The translations under genes and the position numbers were made by a program. A DNA stretch of 32,000 nucleotides from Candidatus Saccharimonadota bacterium (lineage in GTDB: Bacteria > Patescibacteriota > Saccharimonadia > Saccharimonadales > UBA4665): the NCBI GenBank assembly GCA_963718045.1, contig OY970350.1:180001-212000 (forward strand). Reading direction: 5' to 3'. Below, piece by piece: positions 1 to 7,316 of the stretch. The notes beneath the pieces are model-generated. The model had not been told where the DNA came from and searched no databases. It was given only the letters and a program-made list of their open reading frames with translations. Within the stretch, counting starts at the first letter, position 1. Every line of letters begins with the position of its first letter.

Positions 1-1
1 A

Positions 2-601
2 AAGGTATTAATTGATTACAGCAGAGGCAGTAAAGATTACGTGACAACAACCACCATCAACACGGCAGCCCAGGCTAACTCAAACAAAGATAAGATTTAT
101 CTAGGGGTAGCTACCAGCAGCTACAGCAGCGGAGTCAGTTTAATCAGATATACTTGGGCTTCGCCAATTGTTGCCCTAGGCCTGACGAAACAGATAGTTG
201 TCTTGTCCTATCAGGGGCTGGGTCATGCTATCCATGGACTAGGCGGAATTATAGCCGGGGCAGCAACACATAATAATGCCGCGAGAAAGAATGCTCAAAC
301 CTCAGCCAGCAGCCAAATAGTCGGACCAATTGGTTTGGTTGTAATACTTAAAGACAGCAGTTCAGTCGGTTTTAGCTTTATGATATTTATTATTGCCCTA
401 ATCTCTTTAACTCTGGCCATTATGAACATATTGCCCATACCGGCTCTTGATGGCGGCAGGTTATGGCTGACGCTTATTTCCCATGGTCTAAAACATCCTA
501 TGAACGCCAACACAGAAGAACTTATTAATGCCGTCGGGATGTTAGTCCTTTTCTTTTTAATAGCGCTAATCTCATACGTGGACATTAAAAGGTTCTTTTG
601 A
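2..601 (+). CDS. rseP: RIP metalloprotease RseP / site-2 protease (M50), C-terminal part. The 5' end lies outside the window.
   Basis: The frame is open from the window edge, with no stop upstream of the GTG at 41. It has C-terminal TM helices and the S2P signature ...MNILPIPALDGGRLW.... The stop is TGA at 599-601. Confidence 0.8.
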   Translation, partial: KVLIDYSRGSKDYVTTTTINTAAQANSNKDKIYLGVATSSYSSGVSLIRYTWASPIVALGLTKQIVVLSYQGLGHAIHGLGGIIAGAATHNNAARKNAQTSASSQIVGPIGLVVILKDSSSVGFSFMIFIIALISLTLAIMNILPIPALDGGRLWLTLISHGLKHPMNANTEELINAVGMLVLFFLIALISYVDIKRFF

Positions 602-1404
602 TGGTTAAGGATAGTGCTAGGCCAGTTAACGCAGCTGAAGAAACAAGTCAAAGAGCACCAGGAGTTAAGTGGAACCCCTGGATTGGTGTCCTACTTGTTC
701 TAGCAATCTATGTTTTCTCGCAAATTGTTGGCCTGGTTGTTTTAATTTATCCTATTTTAAGGCACTGGTCTGCCGCTAAATCCTCCAGCTGGCTTAATAA
801 CTCAACGTACGCCCAGTTCTTTTACGTATTTATAGTTGAGGCCTTCACAGTTTTAGCTGTGCTTCAGCTTCTTAAATGGTTTAAGGTAGATAAAAAGGTT
901 ATTGGGCTTAGAAAACCCCATCTTCGGGACCCATTATATGCTCTGCTGGCTGTCCCTGTTTATTACCTCCTTTATATTATTGCTGTCGCTATCCTATCTA
1001 GCTTTGTTAAGGGGCTCAGATTGTCAGAAACCCAGAACGTTGGTTTTGGCAGTGTCCACGGCGCAGCCCAGTTAATAGTCACGTTTATCAGCCTGGTAAT
1101 ACTGCCGCCAATTGCTGAAGAGATTTTAGTCAGAGGTTTCTTGTACTCCAGTCTTAAGAAAGGACTGCCTCAAATTGCCGCTGCTATTGTTACAAGTGTA
1201 ATTTTTGCCAGCGCTCATTTGCCTGAAGGGACAGCCGGACTGCTTTGGATTGGATTTGTAGACACCTTTATTTTATCTATTATCCTAATCTATCTAAGGG
1301 AGAAAACAGACGGACTATGGTCAGGTATGACTCTCCATGGCATAAAAAATGGTGTGGCCTATTTTGTCCTATACTTAGCGCCGCTACTGGCAATACATAT
1401 CTAG
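601..1404 (+). CDS. CPBP family intramembrane glutamic endopeptidase (CAAX protease / Abi-like)
   Basis: Polytopic membrane protein with CPBP motifs: EEILVRGFLY (EExxxR), FASAHL (His motif) and a later HG. ATG 601 overlaps the rseP stop (TGATG). A TTG at 598 is an alternative start. Confidence 0.8.
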   Translation: MVKDSARPVNAAEETSQRAPGVKWNPWIGVLLVLAIYVFSQIVGLVVLIYPILRHWSAAKSSSWLNNSTYAQFFYVFIVEAFTVLAVLQLLKWFKVDKKVIGLRKPHLRDPLYALLAVPVYYLLYIIAVAILSSFVKGLRLSETQNVGFGSVHGAAQLIVTFISLVILPPIAEEILVRGFLYSSLKKGLPQIAAAIVTSVIFASAHLPEGTAGLLWIGFVDTFILSIILIYLREKTDGLWSGMTLHGIKNGVAYFVLYLAPLLAIHI

Positions 1405-3096
1405 CTAAAGCCTAGCTACCACTTCGCCAAGAGGAACGCTTTCACTTTTTTCTTCATTTCTATGTTTTAATTCAACACCTTGACTTTCTAAAGTCCTGGG
1501 ACTAACAGTCAGTCTCATGGGGCAGCCAATTAAATCTGCATCGGCAAATTTAACTCCGGCACTCTCTTCACGGTCATCATAAAGCGTATCGATATTAGCG
1601 CTTTTTAGCTCTTCATAAAGACTGTCAGCCGCCTTGACGGTATTTTCCTCAGCACCGATTCTGACCAGATGGACTTTAGCCGGTGCAACGGCGTCGGGCC
1701 AAACGATACCCTTATCGTCATGGTGTGTTTCAACAATAGCTGCCAGTGTTCTGGCAATGCCAATTCCATAACAGCCCATATAATACTTCTTTATCTGGCC
1801 GTCAGAATCTGTATATTCAGCACCTTCCATCAGGTCAGTATAGTGATAGCCTAGCTGAAAAATATTGCCTACCTCTATGCCTCGTTTTTCAATCAGTTCG
1901 CCGGCATTATTCGGTGCCTGATCACCCGGACGAGCCATAGCAATGTCATAAAACTTATCTGGTTCTGGGAAGTCCCGGCCAAGGTTTACGTTACGAAAGT
2001 GGTAATTAGTTTTGTTAGCGCCAACTTCAAAGTTACGGCGACCTTTGATGGAGTCGTCTAGATAAACTTTTATTTCCTTAGTTAAATTCAAAAAGCCCAC
2101 GTAGCCTATCTCAGCTCCGGTAGCCTTTTTAACTGTCTCTGGACTAGTTAGTTTCAGCGGCGAGTTGCCTGCGATGTGCTGAAGTTTTGTTAAGTTAACA
2201 TCATAGATGCCATTAACGGCGGCCGCTATAATTTGACCCTCATCATTTTCAAAAAGAATAGTTTTAGTTGTTTTTTCAACCGGGATATTTAAGAATTCAG
2301 CAAGTTTATTGGCACCAATAATTCCTTCACCTAAAACATCCTCTTTGGGTTTTAGCTCCTCATCACTATCATCTTTATACTTAACAAATTTAGCGACATC
2401 TTCATGGGCGGCATACTTGCCGTCTGCAGTAGTGAAGTAGCGGCTTTCGCCAATATCGCTTTCAACAATAAACTCATGGCAGTATTCGCCGCCAATATAT
2501 CCATTATCGGCTTCAACCATGATCGTAGAAAGCCCTAACTCTTTAAATAGGGCAGTGTATGCATCAGCCATTTCTTTGTACGTTTGTTTAAATTGCTCTT
2601 CGTTGCCAAAGCTGTAAGCATCCTTCATGACAAATTCTCGAAGTCTAAGCAGACCTCCGCGAGCTCTCATTTCATCTCTAAACTTCATTGAAAACTGGTA
2701 AACAGTAAAGGGTAGGTCCCGGTAGCTAATATTAAATTTACGAACCAAATCTACAGCCATTTCTTCAGCTGTACCGCCAAGAGCAAACTCTGCCCCACGG
2801 CGGTCTTTAATTCTTTGCAGCTCAAAACCGACTGAGACAGTCCTATTTGTTTCTTGCCATAGTTCAATTGGATGCAGCACCGGCAGCATTAGCTCTTGGC
2901 TGCCAATTTTGTTCATATACTTTCTAATAACGTCTGCTATATTCTCATGAACTCGCCATCCTAAGGGGAGGATATAGTATCTGCCGGCGGTAGACTCCCT
3001 GATAAAACCGGCTTGCACTAACAGTTTGTGGGAAATAATAGATAGATCAGTGCCTTCTGTTTTTGATGGTCTGCCGAAAGCTTTAGATAACCTCAC
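1405..3096 (-). CDS. proS: Proline--tRNA ligase (bacterial type with insertion/editing domain)
   Basis: Long ORF with class II ProRS sequence throughout (…HKLLVQAGFIRESTAGRYYILPLGWRV…, …MKFRDEMRARGGLLRLREFVMKDAYSF…, …GCYGIGIARTLAAIVE…). I trimmed the start to GTG 3096 because a GGAGG (3102-3106, minus strand) sits 5 nt upstream. The longer ORF start at 3132 lies inside the 3' arm of the leader terminator hairpin, and its first codons run through the terminator U-tract. Confidence 0.95.
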   Translation of the reverse strand: MRLSKAFGRPSKTEGTDLSIISHKLLVQAGFIRESTAGRYYILPLGWRVHENIADVIRKYMNKIGSQELMLPVLHPIELWQETNRTVSVGFELQRIKDRRGAEFALGGTAEEMAVDLVRKFNISYRDLPFTVYQFSMKFRDEMRARGGLLRLREFVMKDAYSFGNEEQFKQTYKEMADAYTALFKELGLSTIMVEADNGYIGGEYCHEFIVESDIGESRYFTTADGKYAAHEDVAKFVKYKDDSDEELKPKEDVLGEGIIGANKLAEFLNIPVEKTTKTILFENDEGQIIAAAVNGIYDVNLTKLQHIAGNSPLKLTSPETVKKATGAEIGYVGFLNLTKEIKVYLDDSIKGRRNFEVGANKTNYHFRNVNLGRDFPEPDKFYDIAMARPGDQAPNNAGELIEKRGIEVGNIFQLGYHYTDLMEGAEYTDSDGQIKKYYMGCYGIGIARTLAAIVETHHDDKGIVWPDAVAPAKVHLVRIGAEENTVKAADSLYEELKSANIDTLYDDREESAGVKFADADLIGCPMRLTVSPRTLESQGVELKHRNEEKSESVPLGEVVARL

Positions 3097-3111
3097 ATAT
3101 ACCTCCAAATT

Positions 3112-3161
3112 AAAAAACTCGTCCTTAGCCAAACCATATAGACTGGTTTAGCAAGAACGAG
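3112..3161 (-). terminator. Intrinsic terminator of the proS T-box leader
   Basis: On the minus strand, CUCGUUCUUGCUAAACC pairs, with a few mismatches, with GGUUUGGCUAAGGACGAG across a short loop. A U6 run follows (plus-strand AAAAAA at 3112-3117). The 5' arm overlaps the 3' half of the antiterminator. Confidence 0.8.
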
Positions 3162-3307
3162 ACGTCTCGTGGTACCATCTTGCCTTCGCTTTAGTATCGC
3201 TACTTAAAGCCTTATTAGGTCTAAAACGACCCTTCTCATGTGACGGTGAGATAACCGGACCGCTATTCACGGCCAGCTCCAGGGCGGGGAACCCCTTCAT
3301 CGCTATT
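3112..3307 (-). promoter_or_regulatory. T-box riboswitch leader (tRNA-sensing transcription attenuator) of proS
   Basis: Read on the minus strand:
- A K-turn-like AGCGAUGA near the predicted 5' end.
- An F-box-like CCGGUUA, with a CGGU/ACCG pseudoknot candidate.
- Stem III: GCUUUAAGUA-GCGA-UACUAAAGC.
- Antiterminator: helix A1 GCAAGA/UCUUGC, a 7-nt bulge UGGUACC (plus-strand ggtacca at 3171-3177), and helix A2 ACGAG-ACGU-CUCGU.
- A mutually exclusive terminator that reuses CUCGUUCUUGC. Confidence 0.85.
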
Positions 3308-3313
3308 ATTTTT

Positions 3314-3342
3314 AGTATAACCAAGTATAATATGTAAGGCAA
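3314..3342 (-). promoter_or_regulatory. Putative sigma-70-type promoter for the proS leader
   Basis: On the minus strand: TTGCCT (3342-3337), a 17-nt spacer, then TATACT (3319-3314). This places the transcription start a few nt before the AGCGAUGA start of the T-box. Confidence 0.5.
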
Positions 3343-3496
3343 GATAGGTGTTTGGTGTACTCTATTAGATAGTCAATTATCTAGGTAAATATAGATAAGT
3401 TATTTGAAAATGTAAGCTGCAATCTAGATAAACAATCAACAAGGTGATATATTATCCAATTATCTAAAAAGCAGGTTTACTAAAAAGGAGGACCTG

Positions 3497-3952
3497 ATGA
3501 AGAAATTGTACCGATTGACCCAAGAAGGCGTCGAAGAATTAAAGATCGAACTGAACAGCTTGATTGCCAAGCGCGTTGAAATTGCTGAGGCTATTAAGAC
3601 TGCCCGTGAACTTGGTGATCTTGCTGAAAATGCCGAGTACCAGGCTGCCCGTGTTGAGCAGGACAGGAATGAAACCAGGATCAGCGAGATTGAAGGCATA
3701 TTGCAAAACGTTGAGATCATTAAGAAACCCCGCGGCGACAGTAAAGTCCAGCTAGGTTCAAAAGTAAAACTAAAGAATGGATCGTCCCAAGAATTCCAAG
3801 TTGTAGGTACGGTTGAAGCTGATCCCTTGTCCGGCAAGATATCTGATGAATCGCCAATTGGTTCAGCACTACTCGGTAAAAAAGTCGGTGATTTTGTTGA
3901 GATCAAGACATCTAACGAAGTGGCTAGATATAAAATTGTAGATATTTCTTAA
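3497..3952 (+). CDS. greA: Transcription elongation factor GreA
   Basis: 151 aa. The N-terminal coiled coil carries …ARELGDLAENAEYQAARVEQ…, followed by a C-terminal FKBP-like domain. A strong SD (AAGGAGG, 3485-3491) sits 5 nt upstream. A candidate extended -10 (TGaTATATT) lies at 3445-3453. Confidence 0.93.
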   Translation: MKKLYRLTQEGVEELKIELNSLIAKRVEIAEAIKTARELGDLAENAEYQAARVEQDRNETRISEIEGILQNVEIIKKPRGDSKVQLGSKVKLKNGSSQEFQVVGTVEADPLSGKISDESPIGSALLGKKVGDFVEIKTSNEVARYKIVDIS

Positions 3953-3983
3953 AGTCCGGTTTCTTAAGCTATACTGAAAGCTG

Positions 3984-5507
3984 ATGGCAACACTTAAAGA
4001 ATTAAGAGACGAACGTCTTAGAAAACTTGAAGAACTCAAAAAACTGGGCATTGATCCCTATCCGTCAAAAGCTAATAGGACAGTTAATCTTTTAGATATA
4101 ACCAGTGATTTCGAGAAACTAAACGGTCAACAGGTTAATGTCGTCGGCCGGATTGAGAATATCCGGAAGTTTGGCTCGATCGCTTTTCTCGTAATCAGGG
4201 ACCAAAGCGGCCGTTTGCAGTTGTTTTTAGAAGCTGACAAAGTTGAAACCCTGGACACTACCTCTGATCCCAGCCGTTTGGGCTTTAAAGAGCTTAACTT
4301 GCTTGATAATGGCGATTTTATTGAGGCCCAGGGCACGGTTATTAAGACTAAGACTGATGAAATTTCAGTTGACGTTAAGACGCTTCGGATTCTTTCTAAG
4401 TCACTGCGACCGCTGCCGGCCAAGCAGGATGGCTTTGTCAACAAAGAAGAAAGATTGAGACGCCGTTACGTCGACATGAACGTTAATCTTGATGTCCGCG
4501 ACCGTTTTATTAGACGAAGCAAGTTCTGGCAAGCTACCCGGGACTACATGAATGAACACGGCTTTATTGAAATTAATACTCCGGTTCTCGAGCATGCAAC
4601 TGGCGGAGCAGATGCCAATCCGTTTGTTACCCATATGGATTCTTTGGACCAGGATTTCTACCTTAGAATTAGTCACGAATTGCCGCTTAAGAGATTAATT
4701 GGTGCCGGCTTTGAAAAGGTTTATGACATTGGACCAAGATTTAGGAACGAGAATTATTCGGACGAACATTTACCTGAACACGTCGCCTTTGAAAGCTATA
4801 CTGCCTATCAAGACTATGAAGGCGGCATGAAATTCTACGAAGATATGATGAAGCAGGTTGCTTCCCGTACCTGGGGGACTCTGCAGTTTAAAATTGGTAA
4901 TTTTGATATTAACTTAGACCAGCCTTGGCCCATTGTAAAGTATGACGACATTATGCGGGAGAACTATAACGTTGACGTGTTTAATCCAAATCTAGACCAG
5001 CTTAAGAAAATACTGGCCGATAATAAGGTAGAACTTGACGGCGAGGTGGGTGTAATCAGAGCCATGGACAGCGTCTGGAAGATATTCAGGCAAAAATCTG
5101 CTGGACCGTTTTGGCTGATTCATGAACCGGTTGTTATATCTCCATTAGCAAAAAAAGATCCTAACGATCCGAGAATTTCGCAGCGTTTCCATCCGATTAT
5201 TGCCGGTACCGAAATGGGCAACGGCTATTCTGAGCTCAATGACCCCGTCGACCAGCTAAACAGGTTCATGGAGCAGCAAAAGCTTAGAGACGAAGGAGAC
5301 AAGGAAGCCCAGATGCTAGACATTGACTTTGTTGAGATGCTTGAATACGGCATGCCTCCTACCTGCGGCTGGGGATACAGCGAGAGATTCTTCTGGGTAC
5401 TGGAAGGCGTTACAGCTCGAGAGGGCGTGCCTTTCCCGCAGCTAAGAGAAGGAATTGATGAAGTTACTAAAAGCATTTATCCTGAGATCTTTAAGAAAAA
5501 TGTTTAG
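3984..5507 (+). CDS. lysS: Lysine--tRNA ligase, class II
   Basis: 507 aa. It has an OB-fold anticodon-binding N-terminus and a class II core (…FIEINTPVLE…, …YLRISHELPLKRL…, …FRNENYSDEHLPEH…, …GMPPTCGWGYS…). Confidence 0.95.
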   Translation: MATLKELRDERLRKLEELKKLGIDPYPSKANRTVNLLDITSDFEKLNGQQVNVVGRIENIRKFGSIAFLVIRDQSGRLQLFLEADKVETLDTTSDPSRLGFKELNLLDNGDFIEAQGTVIKTKTDEISVDVKTLRILSKSLRPLPAKQDGFVNKEERLRRRYVDMNVNLDVRDRFIRRSKFWQATRDYMNEHGFIEINTPVLEHATGGADANPFVTHMDSLDQDFYLRISHELPLKRLIGAGFEKVYDIGPRFRNENYSDEHLPEHVAFESYTAYQDYEGGMKFYEDMMKQVASRTWGTLQFKIGNFDINLDQPWPIVKYDDIMRENYNVDVFNPNLDQLKKILADNKVELDGEVGVIRAMDSVWKIFRQKSAGPFWLIHEPVVISPLAKKDPNDPRISQRFHPIIAGTEMGNGYSELNDPVDQLNRFMEQQKLRDEGDKEAQMLDIDFVEMLEYGMPPTCGWGYSERFFWVLEGVTAREGVPFPQLREGIDEVTKSIYPEIFKKNV

Positions 5508-5868
5508 AGTTAGTAACGAACAATTTCATGATTACATTAATGAAGCGCTGACGAAGTTACCCAAAGAACATATTGACAATTTGAAGAATGTAGCCCTCAT
5601 TGTTGAAGATTTTCCGACGCCTGAACAAAGGCAAAAACTTAATCTTCATGAGAGAGAAACACTCCTCGGACTGTACGAAGGAGTACCCCTAAGCCAGAGG
5701 CAAGGTGTTCAAAAAACACTGCCGGATAAAATTACTTTATTCAAGCTGCCAATTGAATCTAATGCTAGCAGCCTTGATGAACTAAAAGAGCAAATAAGGC
5801 ATACGCTGTGGCATGAGATCGCCCATTACTACGGACTTGATCACCCGGCAATAAAGGCTTTGGAGTAA
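5500..5868 (+). CDS. Zincin-like metallopeptidase family protein (DUF1025/Zincin_1-like)
   Basis: Small protein ending in …LWHEIAHYYGLD… (HExxH). ATG 5500 overlaps the lysS stop (ATGTTTAG). The longer ORF from 5455 would lie inside lysS. Confidence 0.65.
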   Translation: MFRVSNEQFHDYINEALTKLPKEHIDNLKNVALIVEDFPTPEQRQKLNLHERETLLGLYEGVPLSQRQGVQKTLPDKITLFKLPIESNASSLDELKEQIRHTLWHEIAHYYGLDHPAIKALE

Positions 5869-5870
5869 AG

Positions 5871-6503
5871 GTGAAATATATAATTTTTGATTTTGATGGC
5901 ACTATTGCCGACACATTTAAGCTATTTATTGAAATAAGCCATAACCTAACCGGTCATCCGTCTTTGCTTGACCCGATTATTACGGAAGAACTTAAACACG
6001 AAAACATAGTTGATGCCGCAGCAAGACTGGGTATAGCTAAACACAGATGGCCCATCTTATTAATACGCGGCCGGAAACAAATGGCTAAAAGACTGGATGA
6101 AATTAAACCATTTGAAGGTATAGGTGAAGTTTTAAGCAGCTTACATAAACGAGATTTTAAGATGTATATAATGAGCACTAACAGCACATCAAATATTAAT
6201 AGCTTTCTATCTAGGTTTGGTTTTAGCGAATATTTTCAAGCTGTTTACGGCGGTGTAGGGCTGCTTAATAAAGCAGCGGCACTAACTAAGATTTTAAAAA
6301 AGAATGATATTAAGACCGAAGACGCTGTCTATATTGGTGACGAAGTCAGAGATATTGAAGCTGCTAATAAAGTTAACATGAAGGTAATAGCGGTTGCTTG
6401 GGGCTTTAATGACCCGGAAAGGTTAATCAAAGACGAGCCAATGATTATTGTCCGGACAAGACCCGCGCTGCTTAAAGTGCTGGAGTCTTTCGAAGTCAGA
6501 TAA
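5871..6503 (+). CDS. HAD-family hydrolase (phosphoglycolate phosphatase / PpaX-like)
   Basis: HAD motif I (IIFDFDGTIADT), motif II (…MSTNS…) and motif IV (…YIGDEVRDI…). GTG start. Confidence 0.8.
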   Translation: MKYIIFDFDGTIADTFKLFIEISHNLTGHPSLLDPIITEELKHENIVDAAARLGIAKHRWPILLIRGRKQMAKRLDEIKPFEGIGEVLSSLHKRDFKMYIMSTNSTSNINSFLSRFGFSEYFQAVYGGVGLLNKAAALTKILKKNDIKTEDAVYIGDEVRDIEAANKVNMKVIAVAWGFNDPERLIKDEPMIIVRTRPALLKVLESFEVR

Positions 6504-6527
6504 TCTAACCTGCTACAATATATTTAG

Positions 6528-7301
6528 ATGTCAGACAACTATAGAGGCTCAAGTGCTTATACACCAGGGCAAAAAACCCAGTTTAAAATCAGCCGTTCTA
6601 AAATCGAGCTGTTTATGCAATGCCCGCGCTGTTTTTGGCTGGACGCCAGGCTTAAAATTAAAAGACCAAACGGGCCGCCCTTTAGTTTGAATAAGGCAGT
6701 CGATGAACTCTTAAAAAAAGAGTTTGATTCCTACCGGAAGCAAGCTAAACCACATCCCTTAATGCTCGATAACCAGATAAAAGCTGTCCCATTTATGCAT
6801 GAAGATCTAGATAAATGGCGGGAGAATTTTGTTGGCGTAGGCAGCTTGCATAAACCAACAAATTTGTATGTTTTTGGTGCCATTGATGACGTCTGGGTAA
6901 AAGAAGACGGTGAATTGATCATTGTCGACTACAAAGCTACAGCCAAGAGCAGCGAAGTTTCACTGGACGCAGAGTGGCAGTTAAGCTACAAAAGACAAGT
7001 TGAAGTTTATCAGTGGCTGCTCCGCCAAAATGACTTTAAAGTCAGTAACACGGCTGTATTTATTTATACCAATGGCCGGCTAGAACTTGACGGTTTTAAT
7101 GACCGCCTGGAGTTTAATACCAAGTTAATTCAATACGAGGGTGATGCTTCCTGGGTAGAGCCGGCCATAAAGAAAATGAAAAAGTGTTTGGAAGGGGATA
7201 TGCCAGAAGTTGGCGTAGCTGCCATGGGTGGTGTTTGTGATTATTGCGATTATGCTAAAAAGCGGACTGAGCTAACAGTTAATGCCTTAAAGTCTAAATA
7301 A
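6528..7301 (+). CDS. PD-(D/E)XK nuclease family protein, Cas4/RecB-like with a probable Fe-S cluster
   Basis: An N-terminal …SRSKIELFMQCPRCFWL… and a C-terminal …CDYCDY… give four Cys in total. Nuclease motifs are GAIDDVW (D), IIVDYKATAK ((D/E)xK) and QVEVYQWLL (QxxxY). Confidence 0.75.
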   Translation: MSDNYRGSSAYTPGQKTQFKISRSKIELFMQCPRCFWLDARLKIKRPNGPPFSLNKAVDELLKKEFDSYRKQAKPHPLMLDNQIKAVPFMHEDLDKWRENFVGVGSLHKPTNLYVFGAIDDVWVKEDGELIIVDYKATAKSSEVSLDAEWQLSYKRQVEVYQWLLRQNDFKVSNTAVFIYTNGRLELDGFNDRLEFNTKLIQYEGDASWVEPAIKKMKKCLEGDMPEVGVAAMGGVCDYCDYAKKRTELTVNALKSK

Positions 7302-7316
7302 TATATAATTCAAGCA

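Noticed and set aside
295-651. Antisense or alternate-frame ORFs of 60-150 aa inside longer genes. Examples: 295-651(-), 1669-1940(+), 3460-3906(-), 4127-4676(-), 7382-7675(-), 12976-13233(-), 17560-17874(-), 21704-22060(+), 23512-24008(-), 30044-30958(-).
   Set aside because: Each lies fully within a longer ORF that has clear family-level sequence identity. Their translations are low-complexity or Ser/Leu/Arg-rich, as expected of shadow frames, and none has start-site signals.
3220-3240. Alternative reading of the T-box in which Stem I spans about 80 nt (AGCGA…UCGUU) and the specifier is GAA-GGG-U, a Gly codon
   Set aside because: - That fold leaves no 3' strand for the K-turn.
- It needs large unpaired regions.
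- It gives a Gly codon upstream of proS.
- It conflicts with the UGGU bulge, since bacterial tRNA-Gly usually has U73 and would call for UGGA.
I keep it only as an alternative to test with a covariance model.
3148-3342. 64-aa minus-strand ORF in the proS upstream region
   Set aside because: It coincides exactly with the T-box leader (stems, UGGUACC bulge, terminator). It has no SD, and its sequence is better explained as structured RNA.
3374-3466. 10-bp direct repeat CAATTATCTA (3374-3383 and 3457-3466) in the proS/greA divergent intergenic region
   Set aside because: There are only two copies, in a very AT-rich spacer. Chance recurrence or promoter-proximal AT tracts explain it as well as an operator would, and there is no dyad symmetry.
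5455-5499. Longer start (ATG 5455) for the zincin-like gene, giving a 53-nt overlap with lysS
   Set aside because: The extra 15 residues are encoded inside lysS in another frame. ATG 5500 gives the typical 8-nt ATGTTTAG overlap and a conserved-looking N-terminus.
6448-6690. 80-aa ORF bridging the HAD gene end and the Cas4-like gene start
   Set aside because: It overlaps two well-supported genes out of frame, and its translation has no features.
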